A stretch of DNA of 64,000 nucleotides, from assembly GCA_951406725.2 (NCBI GenBank), contig OX597817.1, forward strand, positions 105,028,001 through 105,092,000, given 5' to 3'. The DNA is from Octopus vulgaris (lineage: Eukaryota). Of this stretch, positions 1 to 13,180 are shown in pieces. A model generated the notes under the pieces. The model was given only the letters and a program-made list of their open reading frames with translations, searched no databases and was not told where the DNA came from. The position numbers and the translations under genes were made by a program. Position 1 is the stretch's first letter; each line of letters opens with the position of its first letter.

Positions 1-53
1 CATTAAAAATTTGAAAATTGGCGACCCCTTCGCGGACCCCAGTTTGGGAACCA
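1..53. mobile_element. Terminal fragment of hAT-like MITE
   Basis: ggcgaccccttcgcggaccccagtttgggaacca resembles hAT/Charlie MITE ends; other end lies outside the window. Confidence 0.35.
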
Positions 54-204
54 AGGTTATACAACATTCAAAGGCTGTCTATATTGACCTTAAACCTCTT
101 ACTCGTTTTTTCTTCCGAGATGGGCCTGGTATTGTCATTATTTTTATGAAGCTTCTAGTTTATTTCAGCATCTTACGGGTTTTAATATTTATGGAATGAA
201 TTAA

Positions 205-402
205 AGGAGGCAGGCTGGCAGAATAGTTAGTACGCCTGGCAAAATGCTTAGCGTCTTTACGTTCTGAGTTCAAATTCCGCCGAGGTCGGCCTTGCCTTTA
301 ATCCTTTCGGGGTTTCATAAAATAAGTACCAATTGTGCACTGGGATTGATGTAATCGACTTACTCCTTCTCCGGAACTTATAGCTTTGCACCAAAATTTG
401 AA
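205..402 (+). mobile_element. tRNA-derived SINE (family A)
   Basis: Box A/B-like ctggcagaatagttag and gagttcaaattcc; body shared with several other copies in the window. Confidence 0.8.
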
Positions 403-425
403 TCTAATATTTATTGAACAAAATA

Positions 426-641
426 AGGCGGCGAACTGGGAGAATCGTTAGCATGCTGGGCAAAATGTTAAATGGTATTTCGCCTATCTTTACGGTTTGA
501 GTTTGAATTTAAATTCTTCCGAGGTTGATTTTGCCTTTCATTCTTGCGGGGTCAATAAAATAAGTATCAGTTGAACACTGGGGTCGATGTAATCGAATAA
601 ATCCTCCCCCGAAATTCCTGGCCATGTGTCAAAGTTTGAAA
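426..641 (+). mobile_element. tRNA-derived SINE (family A)
   Basis: Second tandem copy similar to 205-402. Confidence 0.8.
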
Positions 642-2362
642 TGAATATTTATGGAGCAAATTTTCTCTATGGTCTCAGTCAAGTATCTCAAATGTAGGTA
701 CCGGTACTGTCACTGCAAATGTACAGTGGGAAATTGTCACTCAAGAGAAACTCTCTGAGCGCCATCTTTTTTAAAGTCTGGTATAATCTTCTTTGCTTAC
801 TCTTTGTTCACAGTATCGACCTTTCTATGTTATATGTTCATCAATACCTAGATATTTGTAGCACTCGTTGTTTGGAACAGAGAAGATACAGAGACCATTA
901 ACAGGTTTATATTAGCTGAAAATATTGGTTCAAATTTGGCACAAGGCCAAATTTCTCAGTTTTGTAGATGTTTCCAGTATAGATCTTTAAATCATCCACA
1001 AATGATATTATGAGATATAATGCTGTCTCACGTTCTTGTAGACCCTAAAATGCAATTGCTGGATTTTGTCAAAGAAATACCAGAGAATTTCGAGCAAAAA
1101 TAATAAGTATGTGTGTGTGTGTAACCTTATATAATGTATGTTCAGGAACGAATACACACATGTATGTCTTCTGCAAGGAAATGCCGCTGAATACATGCGT
1201 GCATGTGTGTCTGACGCTTCTGAGAGGAAATGCTGCTGGTAATATGAAATTAAATATGTATATAAGTATGTATGTATGTATGTATGTATGTATGTATGTA
1301 TGTATGTATGTATGTATGTATGTATGTGTTTGTATATGTGTGTATATATGTGTGTATGTATGTGTTTGTGTATGTGTCTGTGTGAACGTGCATATGTGTT
1401 TGTGCATGTGTAATATGTTAATATTTTTCCTTATCATATTGAAGTAAGTATGATTATGTATGTAACATAAGCTCTTCTTATCACGAACTATCTTCACAGT
1501 CTTCCTAAGTAACACCCAACACCCTATCACATCAACGTACTCTCTGAAGAAACGAAGTAGAACTTGTGTGTGAGAGAAAGAGGGGGAGGAAAGAAAGTGA
1601 GAAAGGGAGAGAGAGAGAGAGGGAGAGACAGGTAGACAGACAGAGAGACAGAAACAGAGATATTTTCTTCTTTATCGCTTCCTGACAGACATGGTGACGT
1701 TAAGGTATGTCGGCTGGTTTCTGCGTTTAAAAAGGGAGTTTCGACATCGTCGTTGCTGAAACTACCAACAAATTTCTTTAAACTCATGTCCTTTTGTCTT
1801 AAATAAAGTATGTATTCGATAGTGCAATTCCCGACATACAAAATGACAGGATTTTCACAACTGAAACTCTTTTCATCGTAAGTCTTTGATCTGGGTTGAT
1901 TTGGTGCTAAACAACAACCGAATTTATTAAGCCAACGAGAGACGATCTATGCACAGTCAGTCTACCTGCAAGAAATCAGCAGCTTAATTTTCATCAAATT
2001 ACTTTTAAATTAGGAGGACATTTTCGACAACGCAGTCCTGTATAAATATATATATATATACACACACACAAAAACGAGATGATAAATAAATACCTACATG
2101 CAAATAAATGGGCGCACTTGGATGTGTGAATCGACAGTTCAACCAGCGCACCAACTCAATCGCATATTTAAAAACCTCGGGAATTCTCTTAACTCAAAAA
2201 GTCTTGTGGCTTTGTTAGAGACCGACTTGAACTCTGCCAAGAAGAATTTAAATTAAACTCAACGAAAAACAGGCATGCATACATACATACATACAAACAT
2301 ACATACATACATACATACATACATACATACATACATACATACATACATACATACATACATAC

Positions 2363-2545
2363 ATGGTGATTGTTACATCGCCACGGATGATCGCCGTCTC
2401 TTTGTGCTCTCCCGTAGTCAAAAGCATTTCTAACTTTCCGTCCGTGACTTCTCGGATGACTATTCAATCCTATTGCAGATTTGCATGCTTCGAAGCATAG
2501 GTGACAGACGAAAGTTGTCACTTAATGTGCGCTTCCAACTGGTTA
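2363..2545 (-). mobile_element. 3' end of RTE-clade LINE with (ATGT)n tail
   Basis: C2H2-like FVCHLCFEACKSAIGLNSHPRSH, short 3' UTR, then (ATGT)n at 2275-2362. Confidence 0.65.
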
Positions 2546-3126
2546 GATCTGCAGACATCACCACTCTTCCATCTCCATAGGACTTTTGGTACAAGAACTG
2601 ACATCTGAGGTCGCCAAAAAGAGACAGCTGTTCGTCATTGGTCTATAATGATAAATGCTTGTACAACAAGAGTACCACTCTCTGAGTCTCCGTGATTAAT
2701 ACCTACAGACAAGCGGAAGCGAGATGACCAGTAATCAGTGAAATCGTAGGTCTTACATGGTGTCCCGTCCTAGACGGATTTTGTGACAACAGCAAGGGAT
2801 CTCTCACTACCAGGTGGTTTTACTGCATGGTCTAACACTTACCAAGGGGAATTTCTGCGCCCTTGCACTCAGATGGACTGTCATCCCATATGGTAGTTAT
2901 CCCATAGTTCCATAGTTGGGACCCTGATAGATCAGACTAGACTTGGGGAGCAATAGTGGCTAAGGCGTAGTTTCATACTCCTCAAGGACCTTGAACTCTC
3001 GAACTAGGGCCCCACTATCAGAGGCAGAGTAAAATTATACCCAAGACATACATACATACATACATACATACATACATACATACATACATACATACACATA
3101 TAATTATATACATGTATGTGTATATA

Positions 3127-3448
3127 TAGTGGTTAGAGCGTCGAGCTTACAATCATGAGGTTGTGATCTCGAATCCTGGACCGGGCTGGGTGTTGTGTTC
3201 TTGAGCAAGGCACTTTATTTCACGTTGCTCCAGTTCACTCAGCTGTAGAAATGAGTTGCGACGTCACTGGTACCCAAGCTGTATCGACCTTTGCCTTTCC
3301 CTTGGATAACACTTGTGGCGTGGAGAGGGGAGGCTGGTATGCATGGGCGACTGCTGGTCTTCCATAAACAACCTTGCCCGGACTTGTGTCTAGGAGGGTA
3401 ACTTTCTAGGCGCAATCCCATGGTCATTCATGACCGAAGGGGGTCTTA
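3127..3448 (+). mobile_element. tRNA-headed SINE (family C)
   Basis: tagtggttagagcg box A, tcgaatcc box B, central gtgttcttgagcaaggcactt. Confidence 0.75.
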
Positions 3449-3454
3449 ATCTTA

Positions 3455-3494
<40 letters not shown>

Positions 3495-3497
<3 letters not shown>

Positions 3498-4805
3498 TAA
3501 AGGCCCCTAAATTAGGATGCCAAGTGCTTGGAACACAAAAAGAAGATGAACTTATCGAGAGTGAAAACTTTACACCTCGGACCGATCAGTTTCTGCCTCT
3601 TTCTAGCAAAACACAAAATATGTTTGCTAAGGCTGGCTTTATCAACGAGTCGCCTAAATTGCAGCGATGTGAGAACATGTGTCGATCTCGACTACTAGCA
3701 GATCTTAACTTTTCAAATCTCTGCGCAGACGCAAAATCTACACGGCAGTATAGGGCATGCCGGGAAGAATTCTACGAATAAATTCATCATGTAAATATGC
3801 GAATATAAACAAGAAGGGTAGAAATATTAGTTACTACCAGGTGCCCAGCACAAAAGACGAATCAGTCATAAGACAAAAATATTATTCGTATAGAAAAATA
3901 TTATTCATGTAGTAATAAAATTAAAGGCCCCTAAATTAGGATGCCAAGTGCTGGGAACACAAAAAGAAGATGAACTTATCGAGAGTTTTGTTTTTCACTC
4001 TCGATAAGTTCATCTTCTTTTTGTGTTCCCAGCACTTGGCATCCTAATTTAGGGGCCTTTAATTGTATTACTACATGAATAATATTTTTCTATACGAATA
4101 ATATTTTTGTCTTATGACTGATTCGTCTTTTGTCTGGGCACCTGGTAGTAACTAATATTTCTACCCTTCTTGTTTATATTCGCATATTTACATGATGAAT
4201 TTATTCGTAGAATTCTTCCCGACATGACCTATACTGCCGTGTAGATTTTGCGTCTGCGCAGAGATTTGAAAAGTTAAGATCTGCTAGTAGTCGAGATCGA
4301 CACATGTTCTCACATCGCTGCAGACCTCGATTCAATTTAGGCGACTCGTTGATAAAGCCAGCCTTAGCAAACATATTTTGTGTTTTGCTAGAAAGAGGCA
4401 GAAACTGATCGGTCCGAGGTGTAAAGTTTTCACTCTCGATAAGTTCATCTTCTTTTTGTGTTCCAAGCACTTCGCATCCTAATTTAGGGGCCTTTAATTG
4501 TATTACTACATGAATAATATTTTTCTATACGAATAATATTTTTGTCTTATGACTGATTCGTCTTTTGTGCTGGGCACCTGGTAGTAACTAATATTCACCC
4601 TTCTTGTTTATATTCGCATATTTACATGATGAATTTATTCATAGAATTCTTCCCGGCATGCCCTATACTGCCGTGTAGATTTTGCGTCTGCGCAGAGATT
4701 TGAAAAGTTAAGATCTGCTAGTAGTCGAGATCGACACATGTTGTCACATCGCTGCAGACCTCGATTCAATTTAGACGACTCGTTGATAAAGCCAGCCTTA
4801 GCAAA
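3495..4805. repeat. ~435-bp tandem unit array folded into an inverted repeat
   Basis: Left arm 3495-3986 (period 424), right arm ~3993-4805 (period 435) is its reverse complement; ORF track shows the same peptide on both strands. Confidence 0.9.
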
Positions 4806-5975
4806 CTCTTCAATCCAATTCTGTTTGAATAAGGAAAGCATGCTCATTAAAAATATAAACCACAGCTGAATATCCTTTAGAAAGAAGAAAAAACACAAAA
4901 GAGAAAAAAAGAAAAAAGACCCAATTTCTCCACAAAAACCAACAACTAGGTACAACAGACATAATTCCCATAACTTTAGTAACAGTATTTCTCTACAGAA
5001 AAAAAAACGCAACAACCAGATACAACAGACATAATTCAAATAACTTTGTGACAGTCTTCCACAGGGGTTTCGAAACCGCAACTCGAAATCACCATACAAT
5101 AACACCGTACAAACACCAGTTGCTGATGCCGCCTAACTCTAGACCAATGAAATTTTACCTCCAATCGAAACCGAACTTCAGTAAATACAACAAAATGACC
5201 TTTAAGATAACCAATCAACTGGAACGGCTGATATCCGTTGCCCACAGGGAAGCCAACCAGGCAGAATGATAATCTTAACCACCAGAAAAATAAAACGTCA
5301 CCAGTACTTTAAACGAATCAAAAATCAGATCCGTTCACGGAAAAAAATTATAAATACACCGGATTCCAAACAACGCCGTTACAAGCGAAAGTCCCTGCAC
5401 ACGACCGAAAAAGAATCACAGAAACTGTAAAGAAGACCGTTTTTTAGTATCTTCATTTCTCCCTTGTTTTTCTCCCTCTCAACTCAGTATGACCGAACCT
5501 TTGGTGATCCACATTTCTAACACTATTGAATTTTGTACATTTAAACAAGAATGTCCACATTTTTCATATTATTGAATGTTGTAAACATCTAAATCATATT
5601 TGATATTATTGAATCTTGACTCAGTATAACTGAACCTTTGATGATCCACATTTTTTATCGGTCACTTCTAACACTATTGAATTTTGTACATTTAAACAAG
5701 ATCATCCACATTTTTATATTATTGAATGTTATGAAGATTTAAATCATATTTGATATTTTTGAAACTTGTAAACATTGAAACTTTTAAACATGTTTTTCTA
5801 ATTCATAAATTAAAATTTTTACTATTGATTAACAAAAAACATTGTTGAAATTAGTTTGGTTTGTATGTAAATAAATCTATTAAAAACTATTACAAGTTTT
5901 TCAAATTTAAGTACATTTTCAACAACAAATTTTCCTGTTTTTTTCCTGCGCGGAAATACACCTGCTCTTTTGTTA
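4806..5975 (+). mobile_element. Penelope-like 3' remnant
   Basis: LNKESMLIK/KYKPQLNIL* resembles a GIY-YIG C-terminus; internal ~140-bp duplication 5480-5770; ends in (TA)n. Confidence 0.45.
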
Positions 5976-6298
5976 TATATATAGGTATGTATGTATGAAT
6001 GTATGTATGTATATATGTATGTATGCATGTATGTATGTATGTATGTATGTATGTATGTATGTATGTATGTATGTATGTATGTATGTATGTATGCATGTAT
6101 GTATGTATATATTAAGGTGTTTCGCGCCTACGGGATTGAAAAGTAAGACCATTAATTTCAGAATGCAGTCTGAAATTTCGCCCTTAAGGAAATTCGGATG
6201 AATTTTAACAATCTAAAACTACACTTTCTTCTTAATGAAAAGTCGCTTTTCAGTGTCTTAGTTAAGATAGTTAGTATTTGTAAAACTATGTACATATA

Positions 6299-6358
<60 letters not shown>

Positions 6359-6633
6359 TATACTTAAATTGCGATATATATGAATGCGCATGCGTGTGTG
6401 CGTATACGTATATGCGTGTACGTGTTTGTGCGTATGTATATGTAAGCATGTGTTTGAGTATGCGTCATCTTAAATCTTTTCATCTTCTCATTTCCATACT
6501 TTTATTTAGAAGAATTGAAACAATAATTCTTTTTGCTCTCACGAAACAGTTTTTTTTATGCTACTCTTTTTACTACATATGTTATTTGGCTAATTGTTGA
6601 TCGCATCCGTTATTGGATTGACCTATAATTGAA

Positions 6634-6705
6634 GATGTCTGAAAAGAAGTCATCATGTGGAAATGGAGGCAGTAGTGCGGAAAGGAACTGTTTTAAAAAG
6701 GCTTG

Positions 6706-6778
<73 letters not shown>

Positions 6779-7440
6779 AAATACCAGTCTTATTGCCAAA
6801 ACATTGCTACATTTACAGTAAGGATAATACGCGAAAATAAAAAGAAAATTAGAATCAAATGCACAACAGTTTACTTCGTTAGCTTCCCGGACCTTATTTT
6901 TCAGAGATTTAATGTTATGCATGAAATGGAAAAGGTCTTGAATGTATGAATCAAGGATCACGCTTTGTGAAATGTGCCGATAAGCACGATGGTAATTATA
7001 AAGGCCAAAACTTTGTATGACGATTTGCAGAAAAAGGAAAATTCTAATGAAAAACGTTTTCTGTCTCGTAAAATAAATAAATAAATGAATAAACATAAAA
7101 GTTGGTATGAACGATTTAAGCTGATATATAAGGTTTAAGAGGAGCTGGAATTTGCGCAACATAAAAATGACTGGCGCTGGCAGTGCTAATACAGAAGCTG
7201 CTACGAATTATTCTGAGCGGCTGAGGAAAATAAAAAGATTGCTATGGGGATTACACACCAGAGAAAGTATACAGGTTGACGTAACTGTGCTTTTCTGGGA
7301 GCTCATGCCTGCAAGAACTTTTATGTCTCAAGAGGAAAAATCAACACAACGATTTAAAGCTTCCAAAAATCGTCTGACGCTTTATTTGGGAAGAAATGCT
7401 GCTTGTGATATGAAATTAAAACGCCTACACCAGTATCAGC
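6634..7440 (+). pseudogene. Tigger/pogo transposase remnant
   Basis: GWYERFK, LRNIKMTG..SANTEAA, VLFWELMPARTFMSQEEK...FKASKNRLTL; interrupted by (GA)n. Confidence 0.75.
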
Positions 7441-7767
7441 CCAATATGATACAAAAGTTCTAGTTTGCCTTTGGTATGATTGTGAGGACAATCCTTCTTA
7501 GTGATATCAGTATAAATAGCTTTAACAACATTTTCATGGATACTTTTAGATACATGTAGATGATATAGGCAATATCATTCACACTAGAACAGCATAATCT
7601 ATATTTTCTGTCATAATATGTAGGTTTAGAGTTATCCTTGTCTCTCTTATTTATCAGGTATTTAATAACTATCACCTATTTCTGAACAACAAAAGCGTAT
7701 TGTTCTAGGTGAGATGTGATGTGCATATCAATGGTCCAAGAGAAGCTATACTTAATGTTAATATTGA

Positions 7768-7957
7768 TTTCAAATTTCAGCACAAGGCCAGCCGTTTCGG
7801 GAGGTGGTAAGTCGATTACATCGACCCCAGTTTTTAATTGGGACTTATTTTATCGACACCAAAGGGATATAAGGGCAAGTCGACGTTGGCGGATTTTGAA
7901 CTGAGACCGTGAAGACGGACGAAATATTGCTAAGCATTTTGCCCGGCGTGCTAACTT
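7768..7957 (-). mobile_element. SINE (family A)
   Basis: Reverse-complement similarity to 426-641. Confidence 0.75.
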
Positions 7958-8820
7958 CCTTCCTAATATTGTTAGTATCCTGAAGCTTGTGGAATATGTA
8001 CCCAGGTATAACCTTTTGCTAATGTAAGTGTTTCACCTCCATGTTTCTGTTTAAATACGTTTGTTCTGTTACATTTATCTCACATGAAGCAGCTTTACAT
8101 TTAAGAGTACTTATTTAGGAGCTCTTCACTCACTCTCAAGATTTTACTTTTGTATGTATGTATGTATGTATGTATGTATGTATGTATGTATGTATGTATG
8201 TATGTATGTATGTATGTATGTATTTCAAGGACCGAATAGAAAAATTTGACGAAAACATAACGGAAAATTAACAAAGACAACCGGAAAAATAGACAAAAGC
8301 ATAATACACGGAAATTTCGCACCTGATTTCTCATCAGTCAATGTCCAAGACAGCCTTGTGGTTTCTCGCTTTTAACATTGATACCACTCCGTCTTTGGCA
8401 GCACCAAAGCAAGACGCCTCTGGAAATAGCTAACCAATGTATACAAGGACAAAAACAAACAAGACAAGCTAAAATATATAACAATTGTACGTATACAACA
8501 AAAAATAATAAATAGTTATGAAAATACAGCAGGAAAGGAATAATTTATACATATACAATAGAAAAGGGCCTTTCGGTTATAAAAAAAATATTATTATTAT
8601 ATATATATAACAGAAAAGGGGCCTTCGGCTATACAGAAAAATAGAGAATAATTATACATATACACCATATACAACAACGAAGCCTCCCAGCTATCAAACG
8701 GATATAGTGAAGTAACGCAATGGAAAAAGGAATTTCAGCATAAAAAACAGGGTACCTTTGTACGTATGTATGTATGTATGTATGTATGTATGTATGTATG
8801 TATGTATGTATGTATATGTG

Positions 8821-10511
8821 CAAATTCGTATGTTTTGCTTTATGTATGCATTCTCATGCACATAGTTGCATATCTAGACAATCTCATATACATTTAAATG
8901 ATAAACTTCTGGAAAGTTTTACAGATTTTTACAGTTCCTGTGATGGATTGGATCTGTAATTAGCTTTCACCTTTCTTGTTTTGAGAAGCCAAATTTCTCA
9001 AGATTGGTATTTAGAAAGTTTTACATATCCCAGGGCCCCCAAAATTACCGGTATAAACCTGAACTTGTAATCTGGATAGAATTACTCTAGATTTCTCAAT
9101 AGTTCAGCGTAGATATTCTCTTTTTCACGGATGTTCAGCTTCGTGTTAACATCCGCTGGACAGTTAATTTCCACAACTATGCACAGTTTCTCTTCTGTAT
9201 CCCAAATCATTATACCAGGTCTGTTGTACTTACATTTTATTGAGATCTTTACTGGGACATTCAACCAGTACTCCTTTTTATTATGAGTGGCTATAACTTC
9301 TACCTAACTGTGGGTTCTTATTTCTTTGTCCTCGTGGTTATCCTTCCGACGGATTTCATTATCGAGTGTCCTAGCTACATCATCATGTCTCATCGGTAGA
9401 TAATACTGCGATGAGATTTTCGGACAACTGCTTATGATGTGGGTGATATCTTCGGTGTTAACTCCACAAAGTCTGCACCGGTTGTCACATTTTACTGCTT
9501 TTACTGCATTTCTATCCCTGTTTTATTGAATGTAGAGAGTTTTGAGGTCCAAATTTTCTTTATTTGGCTGTAATATTCTTTAGAAACACGTGTTTTGTTA
9601 CAGGTGCCATTATAAGATATGTTTTCATCCACCCCTAGATACCTGTAACATTCTTCGTCAGATATAGGGGAAACAGTCAAATCATTGATGGTTTATAGTT
9701 TTTCCCCCTTTTCACATTCATATAACAACTCTTATCCTGACCAAACTCCAACCCTACATCCTTTGAAAATGTTGTAACTAGGTCAAGGCTCTTTTTCATC
9801 TCATGCATATTCTTTGCATAAAGTTTTAAGTCATCCACAAAGAAACAGTGTAATTTTGGTATTTCTGTTTCCTTGTGAACCAGAGAGATATACTTCAGAC
9901 TTCCTTAACATGAATGACAAGGGGTTTACAGAAAGTATAAACAACATCACAGAGAGGTTGTTCTCTTGGAATATGCTTTGCGATATTGTATTCTATCAGT
10001 TATAATACAGTCAGTCTTTGTGTTTAATTTCAAGATGATGACCCACGATGAAGTCAGGTCAGCTATGGATGTGACTATTCTCACTGGAACTTTAGCAAGT
10101 TGAAGAGCTTCTAGCATCCATGAGTGGGAACAGAGTCAAAGGCTTTCTTGTAGTCTTAACACATTGAAAATAGGTTCCTCCTATGCTCTCGCACTTTTGA
10201 CATCACAGTTTTGTTGATTAACAATTGCTCGGTACATCCTAAGATTCCATTCTTTCCAGCTGCTTGTTCTGCAGTGATGATGTCAGTGGTTTCACAATGG
10301 TCCTGGAAGAAGCGGTTTAAGCATGCTGTGTATATCTTATACATTAAGTTCTGGAGTACAATTGGACGGTAGCTTTTGCAATATAGGTGGTTCTGTATTT
10401 GGGGATCAGTTTTGTCTCTGCCAGAGCTAATGAGTATTGTATGCTACTGTTCCCAATGACAGCTTGCTAGTACAGAGTGATAAGATATGGTCGGTAGAAG
10501 GCTAGTTCCTT
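8821..10511 (-). mobile_element. 5'-truncated, internally deleted R4/Dong-clade LINE
   Basis: RT pieces MYKIYT..EQAAGK..GCTEQLLIN..DYKKAFDS and FVDDLK-like; CRLC..H..C zinc finger; RHD and NRPGIMIWD..CIVVEINCP REL endonuclease motifs; (TATG)n at both ends. Confidence 0.85.
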
Positions 10512-10631
10512 GTATGTATGTATGTATGTATGTATGTATGTATGTATGTATGTATGTATGTATGTATGTATGTATGTGTGTGTGTGCATGTATGTATGTA
10601 TATATGTATGTGTGTGTGCATGTATTGTATG

Positions 10632-10665
<34 letters not shown>

Positions 10666-10967
10666 GATATGTATGTACGCACGTATGTATGTATGTATGT
10701 ATGTAAATATGCATGCATGCTCGTAGATATGTATCTGTATGTGTTGTTTATATGTGTATGTATGTGTGCGTACGTGTGCGCGTATGTAAATATGTACATC
10801 TGTATGTAAATATGCGCGTGTATTTATAAGTATTTAAGTATTTATGAATGTATGTATGTAATTTTCCTCTTTTGATGTTTTCCCGTTTTCCATGTTTTAT
10901 AACAAAATAGCCAGAAATATTTCTGTGGTATTTTGACAATCTAAAACTATAAATTATTCCTTTTATA

Positions 10968-11038
<71 letters not shown>

Positions 11039-11343
11039 TATATACAGAAACTCCCCCCCACACACACACACTATTTTATTTTATTAAAACCGAAAAACTT
11101 CAAACTGTGACCCAAATTCATGTGACAGTACGTCACACAGTTGTGATAATACAGAATAATAAATTTTCATTATTCTGTAATATCATAACTATCTGACAAA
11201 TTGCCACGTGAAACTCTGAGTAACAGTTTGCGAATTTTCTTTCGGCTTCAGTAAAAAGGGAATTAGAGAAAAGAATGAGAGAGAAAACGATGGTGGAGAA
11301 AACAGTATAGAGTAGAGTCGCATCAAAAAGATTAAGATATATA

Positions 11344-11958
11344 TCTATACATATAAATTTGACATGGGCGATTCTTTCTTGTCTTGGGATTCACGGTCAA
11401 ACGGTTGGGTGGAATTGCGCGAAAAATTACACAGATGTGTAGAATGATCCGGTGGTGATGCTGGGCTTTGTATTTTCTCATAGCTCCCATGGTTACCGAG
11501 ATAATCTACTATAATAATACTCTTGTGTTTATGAATGAGAAAGGAAGGGGTAATATATGAATAAGGAAGGAAGGGGTGATGCCCTACTTGGTAGTGGATA
11601 AGGAAAATTGTACGCTGAAAAAATAAATAAAACTGTTTCAATTCTGCGTGAATATATGTGTGTGTATGTAAAGGGGGGTATGTGAATGTGTCTGTGTGTT
11701 TGTGTGTGTGCGTGTGCGCGCGCAATGGAAGTGGGATAGTTCATCTTTGTTCGCTTAGTATTTGGGTTTATTTTTTGATTTGGCTGAATCTTGGTTGTTT
11801 TTTTGTTGGTCAGTTACTTTTAGCGGTTTGACAGAAAAAAAGTCATTCTAAAATTGTGTTTTACGTAAGCGTGCCCAAACAAGTCGAATGCTTACACAGA
11901 GCAAGTTTTACAGCCACATCATCCAAACCGACCGGGTGAAACCGGGCTTAGCTGCTAG
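11344..11958 (+). mobile_element. Non-autonomous Helitron
   Basis: 5' TCTATACATATAAA, 3' GC hairpin ccgggtgaaaccggg then CTAG, A|T insertion site. Confidence 0.65.
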
Positions 11959-12204
11959 TATATATATATAGTAGTAACAAACTGAGGAAAAGAAATCCTC
12001 CATTTCACTGGTACTTCAGTTGGATACCATATAAATATTGGTATAATTCAATAATAAAGATAAATTAAATATAGAGATATTCTATTGACAATCCAATAAT
12101 TTATTTATATTACAATATTACATTAAATACTATGAATATAATATATAACAACATAATATCGTACAGATAATTATAAAAACCGTAAATGCCAAGAAATTTT
12201 TCGA

Positions 12205-12254
<50 letters not shown>

Positions 12255-12257
<3 letters not shown>

Positions 12258-13180
12258 AAAAAATGAAGTTTGAAAATGCTGCTATATTATACAATTTTAA
12301 ATTTTTATATATACATTATAACATGTTTCAGTTCCTGAAATGAACCTTATCAAAAAAAGTTATATATAAAAAAAGACAGCTCATGCCGTCAAACACAAGA
12401 AATTCATTTACAATACACAACGGAGTCAGACATCTTAAAGTTCAAATATAGTTTGAAGTAAGTTCATTCATGCTATATGTTCAAAGTGTTCGATGCAGTG
12501 GCCCACGGTGGCGATACGTATTCAATACAAAAAAACAGATCAAAGTGGTGGAAAGCAGTCAATACAGGAGATTGATGTTCCCGAAAGAGCGAGGAATTCA
12601 TTTTTACCTTGAGCAATTGTGATGACCCATGGTGGATGTTCGCTGGGTGATTCTAGTGAGTCTTGTGAATTGTTCGGGTTTTATAATGCCTGTTAGGTGG
12701 TCAGTCCAGTGTAGCGTGACGTCATCAACGTTTTGACCAATCGTTTCGTTAGGTGGCTTTAGTCAAGCAGAACGGTACGTCATCAACATTCTGACCAATC
12801 GTGACCTATCGCTGTATTATAACTGCCTCTTGTCTGTATCCTGTTTTGACCAGTCGTTTCGTTAGGTGGCTTAGTCAAGCAGGACGGTACGTCATCATGA
12901 TTCTGACCAATCACGACTTATAGCTGTATTAGATCTGCCCCTTTTCGTTAGGTGGCTTAGTCAAGCAGAACGGGACGTAATCAGCATTCTGACCAATCGT
13001 GACCTATCGTTGTATTATAACTGCCTCTTGTCTGTATCCTGTTTTGACCAGTCGTTTCGTTAGGTGCCTTAGTCAAGCAGAACGGGACGTCATCAAGATT
13101 CTGCCCAATCACGACTTATAGCTGCATTAGATCTGCCTCCTGTCTGTATTTTTGACCCGTCGTTGCCGGGTCATAGTGCT
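12255..13180 (-). mobile_element. Penelope-like pLTR remnant, same family as 45149-46185
   Basis: Highly similar to 45149-45850; hammerhead-like motif near 12319-12353; internal tandem repeats; abuts (TA)n. Confidence 0.65.

Larger units (their letters stand above)
57..1100 (-). pseudogene. Degraded R4/Dong-clade non-LTR RT fragment interrupted by SINEs
   Basis: Minus-strand translations FVDDLKIY (~1000), CYKYLGIDE...TFAVTVPVPTFEILD (670-870) and INIKTRKML...RGLRSI (60-195); stops and frameshifts; aatatttat(g/t)ga repeated at the SINE junctions. Confidence 0.6.

Noticed and set aside
3127-3190. tRNA gene (likewise 16926, 28868 and others)
   Set aside because: A/B boxes continue into SINE bodies; no full cloverleaf
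3455-5105. Three ORFs sharing ...CENMCRSRLLADLNFSNLCADAK...
   Set aside because: Product of the tandem/inverted repeat; no recognisable domain
8305-8340. Minus-strand ctgatgagaaatcaggtgcgaaatttcc hammerhead-like string
   Set aside because: Stems II and III do not pair convincingly
12735-13160. CRISPR-like repeat-spacer appearance
   Set aside because: Intervening sequences are themselves repeated; eukaryotic context with no cas genes
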